Origin: Octopus vulgaris
Lineage: Eukaryota
Direction of reading: 5' to 3'
DNA: 64,000 bases
Assembly: GCA_951406725.2 (NCBI GenBank)
Contig: OX597814.1
Span: forward strand, 52,390,001-52,454,000
Shown here: in pieces, positions 41,833-54,890 of the stretch
Layout: each line of letters begins with the position of its first letter
Position numbering within the stretch: the first letter of the stretch is position 1
Program-made: the position numbers and the translations under genes
The notes under the pieces: generated by a model
Database searches by the model: none
Seen by the model: only the letters and a program-made list of their open reading frames with translations
What the model was told of the DNA's origin: nothing

Positions 41833-42620
41833 TCATCATCATCATTATCGTTGTTGTTGTTGTTTAACATTCACCTTCCATGCTGGCATGGGTTGGACGG
41901 TTTGACTGAGGACTGGCAAACTTTGAGAGTGCCTTGGGCACTTTTTCCTTGCCACCAGCATGGGAGCCAGTCAGGTGGGACTGGCATTGGCTGCACTTGA
42001 ACGGTGCTTTTTACATGCTAGTGGCACAGGTGCCAGTCAGGTGGCACTGGTGTTGGCCATGCTCAAATGATGCTTTTTATGTGCCACTGGCACAGGTACA
42101 AGTAATGTAGCGCTGGCATCGGTCATGCTCAAATGGTGCTTTTTATGTGTCAGGCAGCACTGGCATCGGCCATGACCACAATTTCACTTGGTTCAGCAGG
42201 TCTTCACAGGCACAGCATATTGCCTGATGATTGAAGGATGCTTTTAAACAGGACAGTTATTCAACACTGGCATCGGCCACAACTACAATATCACTTGGCT
42301 TGCCAGGTCTTCTCAAGCACAACATATCTCCAACAGTCTCGGTCGCTTATCATTACCTCTGTGAGGCCCAACATTCGAAGGTTGTACTTCACCACCTCAT
42401 CCCATGTCTTCCTGGGTCTACATCTTCCACAAGTTCCCACCACTGTTAGGATGTAACACTTCACACAGCTGTCCTCATCCATATGCAACACATGACCATA
42501 TCAGTGCAGTCGTCCTGCTCTCTTGCACACCACATCTGAAGCTTCTTATATTCAGCTTTTCTCTCAGGGCACTTACACTCTGTTGTGTATGCACACTGAC
42601 ATTACACATCCAACAGAGCA
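41833..42620 (-). mobile_element. 5'-truncated RTE-clade LINE (ORF C-terminus plus 3' UTR)
   Basis: ORF ..VVGTCGRCRPRKTWDEVVKYNLRMLGLTEVMISDRDCWRYVVLEKT resembles the RTE GRPxKTW..DRxxWR end. It is followed by the repeated 3' UTR and an (ATG)n tail. Confidence 0.8.
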
Positions 42621-43019
42621 TATACAAAAATAGCTGTAAACACTAAAAATTTAAAATTGATTGAAAAAATAATAAAACTAAACTAATAAAAATAAAATAA
42701 AAAATAAAACTAGACAGGTTTATCTCAATAAATCCACATTCCTTATAAATCTATATTATTTTCCAATTTTCCACAAGCAGCACAGGTCACTCCAGTAGAA
42801 AGTTTCTATTTTAGATATTATGTATAATTGTTCTTCAATTATACATGCTATCTAAAATAGAAACTCAAGACAATCAATACATCTCTCACAAAATGTCTAA
42901 TCCAACATGTTTACTTAGGGCATAGAAAGGAATACATTTATTTTCTCAATTAGATAGTGTTGCTTAAATAATGACATGATCAAGTCTTCAGAGGCTGCAT
43001 TCATGCTTATAATAAATTA

Positions 43020-43070
<51 letters not shown>

Positions 43071-43099
43071 ATGTATGATATGTGTGAATAAAGCTCATG

Positions 43100-43140
<41 letters not shown>

Positions 43141-44005
43141 ATAGATAGATAGATAGATATACATGTGCATGAAGGTGTGGGTGTATGGTCAAGAAGCTTG
43201 TTTCCCAACCGTATCGTGATATTTCACAACTTTTGTGGCTTATGAACATCACAGATCTGAACTGAACCAGTGACAAACTGAATCATCAGTCTATGACTAT
43301 ATATAAATAGTGTAAAAACTATTTGCTGGTATGCCATTTTAGCTATTTTTATTGCTGTTAAATGAGGCAATCTTTACTGTGACACTGCAAGACAAAGGCA
43401 GCCACCTCAATTATATGTACAGTTCATCTCATGAGCATTCACCCTACTCATGTTCACCCACAAAGTTTCTTCAGACTTACATGACTTGGCCCTCACAACC
43501 TTCTTCTCATTTCAACTAACTTGAATTTTATTACAAGTTTTCCTCTGGCTCTTTCCCATTACTTACCACTCTATGTCACTCTGCTTATTAATTCATACTC
43601 TCATTAGCAATTAAATCTAAAATACAATACATCTGCATTTTCCTCTCGCTCTTTCTCTGAAGAAGGAAAAGTATTTGAAACATTAGTCTTCCGTTCCCTC
43701 TCTCTCTTTCGGAGTGGCACTGAGCAGCTATACGCACACATACACACACGGCAGTAACTTCCACCTACCGAATTCAATCACAAAGCTCCGGTCGGCTCAG
43801 GGCTATAGTAGAAGACACCTTCTTACAGCATAAAATTTACTCCACTATTCTATTTTCATTATTCTTATTTTTTAATTTCAAAGCCACCCTGATCAAGTAG
43901 ACCTGTGATCAAAGACATCCCATTCACAATCCCAGGACTATACTGTTCAATGTGTTGCTTCTTGAAATGGTAGGGTAATTTACAGGAGATTTTGTTGCTA
44001 TATAA

Positions 44006-44510
44006 ATAATAATAATGAAATTATTGTATACAGCGCTCAGGTGCACCACAACTTGTCAAAAGTGCATATAAAGTATATGCAGTAATGTACAAATGTCTGG
44101 AAAGCAAACAGTGTATGAGTCAGGTACATGCTTGCATATGTATGGAGGGGAGAAAATTAAGTGTAGCGTTGGCGAATCTCAGGAAGCATGGAAGTTTTGA
44201 AGGATGCAGTGCTCCGACAACTAACAACTGATGCCGGCAGTTTGTTCCATGCTTCAGCAACTCTTAGCGTGAAAAAATGTTTCTGAAAGTCATGGGAGCT
44301 GTGCTGTTTTTTGACTTTGTAAACATGTCCATGGGTGTTAGACAAATGGAGTTTGAAAAGGTGCTCAGAGTTATTGTTTTTAAGATGGTTAATAATTTTA
44401 TGGGTGTCTGCCAAGTCAGCTGCCAGACGTCGGAGTTTCAATGTATCCATGCCCAGGGAAGTAAGGCATTCAGAATATGGCAAATGTCTGATGGAGGGTA
44501 TATCTAGCAA
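44006..44510 (-). mobile_element. 5'-truncated CR1-clade LINE 3' end
   Basis: LGMDTLKLRRLAADL..HGHVYKV..HFFTLRVAEAWNKLPASVV..FK is typical of the CR1 ORF2 C-terminus. The 3' UTR ends in (ATT)n. Short pieces of the same element recur at about 46760-46930. Confidence 0.85.
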
Positions 44511-45789
44511 GTCAAGTGAACATATAGAGTTAAACTGATCATCTATATATACACACACATACAATCAGGCTCTACATTCATGTACACACAACTGCAGAGT
44601 TGAAAATGATAAATAGGGATGGCATCCATGGTTGTGTAATTAGCTAATGAAAGATGCACTATGACTCAAGCTCCTAATTCAAATTTATAATGGAAATGGA
44701 TGGTGTCAGAGTCATGGGAATCTGCAAAAGCAACAAAAATAACAACCAAACCTGGCATGTAATTGTCATCATCATCATTGTTTTAACATTTACTTTTCCA
44801 TGCTTTTGCAGTAGACTGCAAGCTAATGACAGTTTGTATGAATAGTGAGGGTCTTATTTACAATCAGCAAACATAGAAGATGAGAAATATGAACTCTCTC
44901 TCTCTCTCTCTCACACACACAAAACAGGCCCCTTCCATTTCTGACTACCAATTTCAATCACAATGTATGAGCCAAACTGTACCTATTGTCCTATAGTACA
45001 GGACACCAACCAATAGTACCCATGCAGTGGGACTGGACCATGTAGTTCTGTAGCAAACTTCTTAACCATACAAGCATGCCTGCATTTATTATGATGATAA
45101 CAATTACAATAAAACATAATGTGCAGCAATTGCCCATTTTGTTACATAAAAATAGGTTCCAAAATTTATGAGAAGTCATTGCTGAATACTCTAAGGTGTC
45201 TTTATACAAAGGGTTGTACAAAATATTGGTTTCAAATTTTGGCACAGGGACAACAATTTCAAAGGAGAGGTTAAGTTGATTATATCAATCCCAGTAATCA
45301 ATATGTTGGCTCTAGAGTTGTAATTGGCCTTGACAATGTGTCAGACTACTAGCCAAAGCATTAGTAGTTTGTATCCTATCACCATCACTGTTTAGTGTCC
45401 ATGGTCAAAATTATTCAAGTAGTATTTTGTCAGTGTCCACTACTTGTAAATAGTTATCAAAGGATATGCACCACTATCTAATTTAAGCAGTGGGTAACAG
45501 TGTTTTGTTAATATGTTCTGGTGACTATAAGTCTATCTATGAATTCAGAGAAATTAAAAGGAATTTATTTCTGCGTTTCCATTCTTCCTTTAAAATCACA
45601 CTGATTTTTCATATAGAGTTACTAATGAATGGTCTATGATTTGATAGTAACTTTATTGATACCTGAAGATAATCAGAAATCATGCTGGTCAAAAGATGAT
45701 GTTAATAGTCTGAATAACTCTTATTATTTAACAAAAAAAATCAAACAAAAAGGAAAATATTTCCAATTAAGCAATAATTCTGATGAATA

Positions 45790-46060
45790 CATTTTTTTGG
45801 AATTGTAAGTGGCTTTATCTCTAAAAGTTGCAAACAATAAGCTGTGACAAATTTTCACCAGTTAAACTTTCTCCAGTACAGTTAACAAAATCAGCCATCA
45901 TATTTCTGTTGTGTGTGTGTATGAGAGAAAAATCTACAAGAAATATACTGGATGATTACACTAATTTCATATAACTGTTGCAGAGAGGGACAGGATTCCT
46001 AATAATGACATAACAAATTGTCTATTATTGTTACGTTTTGCCCTAACTGCAGGTTTACAA
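45790..46060 (-). pseudogene. Decayed duplicate of the QNG1 exon at 57187-57310 plus its upstream intron flank
   Basis: The minus strand reads cag|AAATATGATGGCTGATTTTGTTAACTGTACTGGAGAAAG..GAAAATTTGTCACAGCTTATTGT..AGAGATAAAGCCAC, with indels and a stop. The flank ATAACTGTTGCAGAGA..GATTCCTAATAATGACATA matches about 57375-57420. Confidence 0.8.
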
Positions 46061-47991
46061 TGTTACTCAGTCACTACAAGCTCTAATGATTACAACTAGA
46101 TTATGCATTGTTGATGATGTCTAATAAAACTGAAACATGACCAGAATAGGCAACATACTGCTAAAGATCACACTCATTTCTCATCACATTCTCTATTTAA
46201 TAAATTTTAATTAAATTTTGGAATTTTCTCTTCTGCCATTTTTTTTTCTTACTAGAATTAATCAACTATGTAATGATTATTTCTATTATTAAGGATGTAA
46301 TTTTAATTAAATTTCTTGGTTCACTAAATTGTGTGTATTAGTGCACATTTTACATTTAGTTTTCATGCATAAAGTGTTCCTAGGTAAGTTTTCGTAATAA
46401 TATTCCATGTTCATTCACGAAATACTTTCTCATTGCATTTCAGAGTAAATTTTAGAGTTGTCTCCCTTGCTTCTATTGTATTACACTGCTAATTATTTGA
46501 TCGATCTGTAACTAAAAGATATAAGGGTACATTATTGTAGACGAAATCATTTAAATAGCCGACAATATATCTGTTGATACATGCAGCATCAGGTTCATTC
46601 TCAAAGATGATAACTTCTTTAATCTATAGTTTACATTAAATACACTGTATGGAATTCCTACCTACTTCAGTTCTAAATATTGAGCATGGCCATTTCCTTA
46701 AGCATTTGCATCTTATCCTGCTAAAGTGACTCTGTGAGGTATATTTTTAGGCCCTGTTAATTATAATAATGAAATTATTGTATACAGTGCTCAGGTGCAC
46801 CACAAGAAACTAATTTCCACATTTGGAACTTCTAATTCTTTGATTTGCCACAAAATAGATATACATGCATGCATATATGTATATGAAAATGTTTCCGAAA
46901 GTCATGGGAGCTGTATTGTTTTCTGACTACTACTATTTATTAATACACTAGAACATTTATTAATACACTAGTACCTTCCTATTTACCTACTGTGTAATGA
47001 AAATGAAAGTAATTAAAATAGAATAAGTAAACAGTAGATAGTTATGGAGTGGTGGTAGCAGAGATATTGGCAGTGATGTTGGAGTTGGTAATGGAAAATG
47101 GAGAGAGAAAGGAGAAAAAAGAGAGAGGTGGGAATAGTGGAATAAATGAAGTGATACAAAAAGAAAAAGCATTATTAAATGTGTGAACCTATTTTAAAAG
47201 GTTGAATGGTTAAGAAATTTGCAATCATGAGGTTCAATCCCAGTATGTAGTACCTTGTGCATGTGTTTTCTATAAAAATTTGAGATCCAGTTAAGTAATG
47301 TGAGTGAAAGTGGGATGTGGGAACTATGTAAAAGTCCATAAAATGGAGTACATCAGTAATAATGGCCCCAGCCATGTCACACAGTGTTATGCTGGTTGTC
47401 CCTGAGGATTATATTCAGAATACAGGCATTTGTGTAAATTTCATCATATCAATTGTATTCTATTACAAATAGGTAAAAGGTAGGGTTGTATAGTGAAAAG
47501 TGATAGTAGCCAGCCATTATAAAGAGACAGAAGCCAGTTGACAGAGGAAAAGTTGGAAGATCGACAGTACATGTAGACTATGTTAATAATCATGTCTGTG
47601 CTGATATAGTATTCATACTGAGATACTGAGTGGATGTCATAATGTTCCAACCTTTTGAGGATAATAATACAGGTAGTTACAATGATGAAATAACTAAAAT
47701 AATAACTCTTTGGAACTAAAGTGTAATTCATTCATTGCATTTAAATTTTCATGTAATTTTGTTTGTTGTTCATATAACCTACTTATATAGAATTCAACTG
47801 CAAATGTGACAAAACAATGGAATCAATATTATTCGTGGTTGGATATGAGGAATGATGGCAGTGATTTACAATAAATCAATGGTTAACTAGCTTACAGTGT
47901 GAAAAAAAGTGACAACAAAAAAATATCTAAAAGGTAATTAAAACTTTGTCTTTATTTTTCCACACTAAGAATGTAAAGATTTTTTTTTCAA

Positions 47992-48156
47992 TTAATAATA
48001 TATGCATCGCACCTTGTGGATAGGGATAACATCCATTTCTTTAGCATGTAATTGACGATAATCCCACAAAAATTGATCAAGTAATACAGAATTAAACAAG
48101 GCATTTTTGGTTTCTTCATCTTCGTCCAGTAATTTTTGGGATTCCTCTCGAATCAT
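47992..48156 (-). CDS. QNG1: QNG1 terminal coding exon
   Basis: MIREESQKLL..NSVLLDQFLWDYRQLHAKEMDVIPIHKVRCIYY*, the conserved C-terminus. TTTTTCAG acceptor, TAA stop, 165 nt. Candidate AATAAA on the minus strand at 47951-47956. Confidence 0.93.
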   Translation of the reverse strand: MIREESQKLLDEDEETKNALFNSVLLDQFLWDYRQLHAKEMDVIPIHKVRCIYY

Positions 48157-49465
48157 CTGAAAAAAGAGTGAAAAAAAGGAATATTTTATTGAAAACTGAA
48201 AGCGAGTCAATTACATTTTTCATAAGTTAATCAGAAGGGTAATGACTTTCCCAGGCCCAACTAGATTGTTGAGACTGAATTAGTAGTTGATGTTTAACAT
48301 GAATGTTTGTAGGTCCTTAAATTTTTGACTCGTCACTGGATCTTTAAGCTTCTATATTTCCCTTTTCCAACAATTTGTGTCTCTACTGGGTATACATACT
48401 TCACCAGGGAAAAAAGCTTTACACTCACAACCATCTGTTTATCCTTTTCTTGGAGAGAATGAAATCTATTTGGCTTGTTTGTTCACCTAATTGATGGGTG
48501 TGTGTGTGTGTGTGTGTGTATGAATGTGTGCATGTAAGTATATATATATATATATCACATATACACAAAAATATATGTACATGCACACATACAAATATAA
48601 ATATGCATCTCACAGTTTGGCTGACTGTTGGTTATAGCTCTAATTAAGAATGCAAATGCCCAATTCTATCTCATTATAATCATTAATATTCTTAATATTC
48701 TTTCACATCGGCAGCCTCAGTTTTTGATGTTTCACAGTGCTGAATTCTAACTCATTATTAGAATTACTATTCTTCTGCTCCAGCAGCAGCAATGTTAAAG
48801 CCATTCGTTCAATTATGTTACCCTAAATCCCAAAATTCCATCTCCTCATATTCTGTCTTCAACCAGCCTAACTCTGGTCTCTCTTTCTCTCTCTCTCTTC
48901 CTCTTTCTTAGTTTCGTTAACCATTTGCTTCTCCCAACACTTTACTTCTGCTCCCCCACCCTATATAAACTAACCCATTCAGATTCCCCTACTTCATATT
49001 TTAATACCTCACCACACGTGGTAGAAATCAGAAGTTCAGATAAGCACCTTTGTTTTCCAACCTAGCATACATCTAAAACCTCTTTTCCAGTGCAAATTAC
49101 AATTACTTTATTATTTCATTTTATTATCTATCACAGTTTCGTCTTCTATGCTGTATGTTTAGAGGAAAAAACTTAAGATCCCTTCGCTCAATCCAACTCT
49201 TCCTCTTTCTCCCTCTCTTTCATGCTCATTTATTATTGTCATTTCTTCATTCATTTATCTAATTTTGTAACAGTTTGGCTGACTGAAAACTGTTGGTTAT
49301 AACTCTAGTTGAGAATGCAAATGCCCAATTCTACCTCATTATCATTAATATTCTTTCACACCAGCAGCCTCAGTTTTTGCTGTTTCACAGGTCATCTGCC
49401 CTTCCCACCCCCACCACCTGTACCAGAAGTCTCTATCCTCTGACCTCTATCAGATGTCTCTTCCA

Positions 49466-50132
49466 TGATAGAGAAAGTTGTCATGGCAATACCTGCTTAG
49501 AGGCCAATGCAAAGTTGCAGAAATTGTGTAGAGACGAGTGTATGAGTAGTTCAGATGTTTCCAGGATGGCCGAAAAAATGTCGATATTGACGAACATTCT
49601 GGGAGACCTGCAACCAGCAGAACTGAGAAAAGCATCGCAGATGTGTATGCAGCTATGAGGGGAAATTGTCAAATCACCATCCGTGAGATATCAGAGGATG
49701 TGCAGATTAGCTATGGTTCAGTTCAGTTCATTATCACTGAAGATTTGGGTATGAGACGCATGTCTGCCAAGTTTATGCCAAAACTGCTTTCAGTTGACCA
49801 AAAAGACACTCGAATTTCAGTTGCACAAGGTCTCCTTGATTGTGTTAAGAATGATAAAAATCTTTTTGAAAACTTTGTGTAGGCCTCTAAGCAGATAGTG
49901 ACAAGCTTTTGACGAAATTTTATGCAGATTCTCTCAACTTTCTCTGTCATAGTCAATGTGACAATCACATGCTATACACCTTCCTTCCAAGCACTGCTAT
50001 AAATAGTGGAAATGAGCTAGAACATTAAAACTTAGTGCGCATACACAGCAGAGGTCAAGGTCAGTCTGTACCAAGCATGCTTTAGCTTCGTTACTATGGT
50101 AACAGTCCAGATACTTATTGATCAGACCACGT
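49466..50132. mobile_element. Rearranged mariner (Tc1/mariner) remnant
   Basis: The plus strand encodes ITIREISEDVQISYGSVQFIITEDLGMRRMSAKFMPKLLSVDQK (mariner HTH). The minus strand encodes MTEKVERICIKFRQKL and carries a TA-CGTGGTCTGATCAATAAGT TIR at about 50110-50132. Confidence 0.8.
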
Positions 50133-50918
50133 ATATCATAGTCATATAAATTCTGTCCTCCATACTGGCATAGGTTGAACAGTTTGATAGAAGCTAGCCA
50201 GCTGGAGAGCTGCTTGGGCTCCATTTGTCTGTTTTGGCCTGGTTTCTACAGATTGATGCCCTTCCTAATACCATCCACTTTACAGAGAGTACTGGATGCT
50301 TTTAATGTAGCACTGGTGTGAGTGGTTTTATGTGGCATCAGGAGAGGAACTTTTAGATGTATACATATATATACACACATACAAACACATATACAAATAC
50401 ACACGCACACACAAATTAAAACGATAGAAAAATTAGTTTGAAGCAATGGAAGAATCTTTTCTTTACTTATATATATAAAAAAATATTTGGCTTCCTTTCT
50501 TCCTCATGCCATAAAACATATTCTAGTATTTCATATGTATTATTGTTCCTGATTAGCCTCAAGGTATCTTTGATCAAGTAAACTGATGATTTAAGACATC
50601 CTATTCATGACCATTACATCCTTCTTTTTTATTCAGGACCATATTATCTGCCTAGAAGGGTTTAATGAAACAATTTGACCCCATACTTATTCTGGTGCTT
50701 ATTCTACATCAGGCTCTTTTGCTGAACTGCTAAGTTACAAGGATGTACACAAATCAACACTGGTCATCAGGCAGTGGTTGGGTCAAACACAAAGACAAAC
50801 ACACACACATACACACACACACATGCACACACACATGCACACCTAACTAGACCTACAATCATGTATACACACCTACAGGATTAAAAGTAATAAATACACA
50901 AAACTCAACACAAATTAC

Positions 50919-50986
50919 CTCAACAGACCAGATTGAGCAACCGCGGATCTCTACTTCTAATCTATCTCCATTCTTCATGAGAACAC
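50919..50986 (-). CDS. QNG1: QNG1 internal exon
   Basis: (G)VLMKNGDRLEVEIRGCSIWSVE (EVEIRGCS motif). TTTCAG acceptor, GTAATT donor, 68 nt, phase 1 to 0. Confidence 0.93.
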
Positions 50987-50990
50987 CTGA

Positions 50991-51043
<53 letters not shown>
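50991..51043. repeat. (AAT)n microsatellite abutting a QNG1 splice acceptor
   Basis: Pure AAT tract immediately adjacent to the acceptor at 50987-50989. Confidence 0.95.
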
Positions 51044-51046
<3 letters not shown>

Positions 51047-51289
51047 CAACAACAATAACAGAAGAAAATTCTAATTGGGCCCCCACCTGCAAGGTCATGT
51101 GCTGTTTATCTTGATATGAGATCACCATGTCGCGCACACATGGTTGTGATACATGTGCCTAGTGTACCCTTATCAGATGGGTAGTCATGATGGGTATACT
51201 GGGCTATATTTTACCCCAGTGTCACTTTGAAGAGTACAATACACTTAGTGAATGTCATGAAAGAGCAAAGCTGGAAAGAAGTGGCAGAG

Positions 51290-51865
51290 TAGGCTGACAC
51301 CTTGAAATTTTGGATGGAAAAGGACATGTGTCCAATGTCAGAAAATAAACTAATGAACCAAGTGAGAGTGATTAGGAGGAAGGATTACTTAACTGGAGTT
51401 GAAATATCTCAGATTAGTGAGAGTCTGAGAGACCCTGCGGATGGGCTACAAAGGATGGTCAGAGTTGAAAACGAAGGTAGGAGTTGAAAGCAGAGAGAAG
51501 AGTAGACAGGAGGAACAGGGAAATGGTGAAAGGGCTGTTAAGGATGAGGAATAGGAACGTTATACAGTGAACCCTGATACTGTGGTGGGTGGACATGCAG
51601 GAGAAATGAACTAACTAGATAAGGAATTGCTTGAAATTCAAAGATGACTCACTGACTCAAATGTTCCAGAAGAAAAAATCCCCATGGATATGAGAAGAGT
51701 AGATAGGAGTATGATAAATAAAGTAACACAAAAGATAAATATTGTCATACCATTCATCCAGATGGAGGATATAACACAAACAAGAAATCTCTGAGCTATT
51801 GTGCTACTTGTTGAGGAGAAATTACAACTTAAGAGAACAAAAAATGGTGGAGCAAAAGTACCATG
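51290..51865 (+). mobile_element. Degraded R4/Dong-like non-LTR retrotransposon N-terminal fragment
   Basis: SENKLMNQVRVIRRKDYLTGVEISQI resembles the EQRLxDQxRxI..L..E motif of R4-clade ORFs. Confidence 0.45.
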
Positions 51866-52090
51866 GTACACCAAACACAACTTGATTTATGTTGGTTGTA
51901 CAACAGAACAACTAAACAAAAGATTCAATGGGCACGGATATGACGTCAGGCACAATAACAGTAGTTCAACAGAACTTGCCGAAAATTTTACATCAAACAG
52001 CTGCAATTTTGAAAAAAACTTGAAAGTGCATGTTCTCAGAAAATATTCTGAATCTGCTACACTTTCAGTCCTCAAAATGCATCAGGAGAA
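51866..52090 (+). mobile_element. Penelope-like GIY-YIG endonuclease fragment
   Basis: LIYVGCTTEQLNKRFNGHGYDVRHNNSSSTELAENF matches YVGxTxxxLxxRFxxH..ELAxH of PLE endonucleases. Confidence 0.7.
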
Positions 52091-52229
52091 ATATGTAGAT
52101 GTCTCAGATATCAGATACAGCACATCATTAGCCTCAGCAGACTGGACTTACTGCACAGAGGTGTTGGCAACAAATGGACCACCTGATCAGTAGAAGGCAT
52201 TTCTTCCACATGAAGTAAAAGAGTAAATG

Positions 52230-52800
52230 AGGCTTCAATCTGGTCAGACAATAACTGGAGCGAGTAATTAATAGTTTCTGTTACCCAGGTGATCTAATGA
52301 GCAGTAGGGGTGAGTATTCTGAGAGTATAGTAGCCAGAGTAAGAATGGGTTGGAAGAAGTTCATGGAGCTATTACCACTTCAGACTAAAGAGCAAATTGT
52401 ATGATGTTTGTGAGCAAGGATTAATGATTCATGGTGGTGAAATATGAACCTTAAATTCAGAGGATTTGAAAAGAGTATAAAGAAATCAAGTGAGCCTGCT
52501 TTACAGCATGTCAAATTTTAGTGTGCATGAATAATGGATTTCAAATCAGTTAAAAGAAAATCTGGATGAAAGAGAGAAGACTGCACTGGTATAGATATGT
52601 GATGCATATTGATGATAACAATTGTATAAAAAAGAGCATAGTATTTAGTGAATGAAACCTGTACAAGAAGTTCTAGAAAAACCTGTGATGAATTAGTGAA
52701 GACTGATCTCAAGACACTGAGTCCCACAAAAGAGATGACAAGGGACAAGTGATGACATGCATCACTAGAAAAGACCTTCAGTCCCTGTGCAAGTAGGTCA
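52230..52800 (+). mobile_element. Degraded RTE LINE fragment
   Basis: Reads ..ESIVARVRMGWKKFMELLPL.. and ..RKTCDELVKTDLKTLSPTKEMTRD.., with frameshifts. Confidence 0.65.
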
Positions 52801-53346
52801 AAGAAAACACTGAAATGGAAGTAGTGAGGGTAGCTGGGATGCTCTCATTGCATTCATCCTCTATGTCTCTCTGATATTGTTTTTTCTTTCTTTCACTAGC
52901 TCTCATCTTTCTCTCATTCTTTATCATTCACCCCCTCCATCATCCATTCATATTTACTTGTATCAAGTGGGATAGCATAGGATCACCCTCTAGTCAATCA
53001 ACCCCAACATCTGATCACTCTTACTCCTTACACTATTCTTTCCCTTCCATTACCTTATCAATCACTCTCTTTTATTATACTCTCTTCTACCGCCCTTTCA
53101 CAACAATAAATCTGTTACTTCTATCATACATTCACTTCTCTAAACACCTCACCTTAAGTTCAGTTTATGTTATCACAGACTTGAATTACAAGAAGCTTAT
53201 CCCAACTCTATGGCAGAAAATATGAAAATTTGAAATGATATTTACAATATCTGAAGAATATTTTCTATACTGAAATTTGAAAGACTTATTTCAGACCAAA
53301 ATGCAACTTTGAATAGGATGCCAAATAAAAGGAAACAGTAACTTAC

Positions 53347-53417
53347 CATCTTTTAGTATTTTCATCAAACTATCTGAATATTTTAGTGCACCATAATAGG
53401 CAAGAATTTGAGGTATC
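53347..53417 (-). CDS. QNG1: QNG1 internal exon
   Basis: (R)IPQILAYYGALKYSDSLMKILKD. TAG acceptor, GTAAGT donor, 71 nt, phase 2 to 1. Confidence 0.92.
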
Positions 53418-54775
53418 CTACAAAACAATTTTAAGATAAGTGCTTTGAAAATATATTGTTCCTTGTGAAGTTAAACAAATAATAACAAATATTAAGAATT
53501 TCTATTCTTTGGTAAAAAAACAATTGCAGTTAGATAATCATCATCATTGTTTAATGTCTGCTTTCCATGCTGGCATGGGTTGGACAGTTTGACTGAGGAC
53601 TGGTGAGCCAGAGGCTGCACCAGGCACAGTCTGATCTGGCAAAGTTTCTACAGCTGAATGTCCTTCCTATGCCAACCACTCCAAGAGTGTAGTGGGTGCT
53701 TTCACGTGCCACTGGCATGAGGGCCTGTCAGGCAGTTCTGCTTAAAAGGTAGTTTTATGTGCTACCTGCACAGGAATCAGTCCAGCAGCACTGGCAACAA
53801 TCATGCTTGAATGTTGTTTTTCACATGCCACCGGCATATGTGCCGGTAGGGTGATGCTGGCAACGATTATGGTTGAATGGTGCTTTTCACGTGTCACTGG
53901 CACAGGAACCAATCCGTGGCCCTGGCAACGATCACGTTTGGTTGTACTTTTAACGTTCCACTTGCACGAGTGTCAATCAAGCGGTACTGTCATCGGCCAT
54001 GTCAGTGGTTTTGATTTTGATTTCACTTGCCTCAATAGGTCTTCACAAGCAAGGAATGAGGGGTATTCAGAAGTGGGCCAGTTACACCCACAGGTATTGG
54101 TTTGTCGGGTCTTCTCAAGTAAAGTGATGGAAAAAAATCATTATTAAAGAACAAAGCTTTGTGGCTGATTAAATGTTTAATCTTACACTATTTATATAGC
54201 ATGGAATTCTGATGATAACAATAAAACATAATATGCAACTATTGCTTTGGCTGATATATAAGAGTAAGTTCTAAAGATTGTGTTAACATATTACTAAATA
54301 TCATAAGAAATTTTGTGCTTAGGATTGTACAAAATATTGAAAGCATATACTTGTAAAGTTACCAAAAAATATTCTGAGTTAGTGGAGATAAAATTTTCAA
54401 CTTTTTTGAAATTCAAGATAGTCTAAGATTTTTTTATTCCCTATCTCAATTACAATGTTCAAAGCATAATCCTTCATGACCAATAAACAATGAATAAAAA
54501 TTGAAGTAGTTTCAAGTAAATGAAATTGAATATACCAGTCAAGTAAGAAGCCAAATAATAAGAGTAAAATTTTAAAAATGCAATTTTGAAAATAAACCAT
54601 AGCAATGATTAAATTACAATAGCATGACTTAATTTTTTTTTTTTTTTGTGGCATGAAGAATTTTTTACTGAAACAATGATATGATTGATTTACACCCCCA
54701 AAATTTTCTTCTCATATGATTAAACTTAAATTTAGGTAGAGTTTTGAATAAGGCTGCAGGAGACAAATATCTTAC

Positions 54776-54890
54776 CTGTAATCAGCAAACATAGTGAGTT
54801 TCTCTATATCGTAAAAGAAACCCAAACTTTGACCTTCAAAACAGGTCCATATGTCCGCTATGAGAATTTGTGCTCTTTTGTAAAAGGAAA
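54776..54890 (-). CDS. QNG1: QNG1 internal exon
   Basis: [38 protein letters not shown](R), with the conserved FYKRAQI and TMFADYR motifs. CAG acceptor, GTAAG donor, 115 nt, phase 1 to 2. Confidence 0.95.

Noticed and set aside
46620-46756. Possible decayed copy of the QNG1 60129-60278 exon
   Set aside because: Only faint similarity by eye; it cannot be supported without an alignment.
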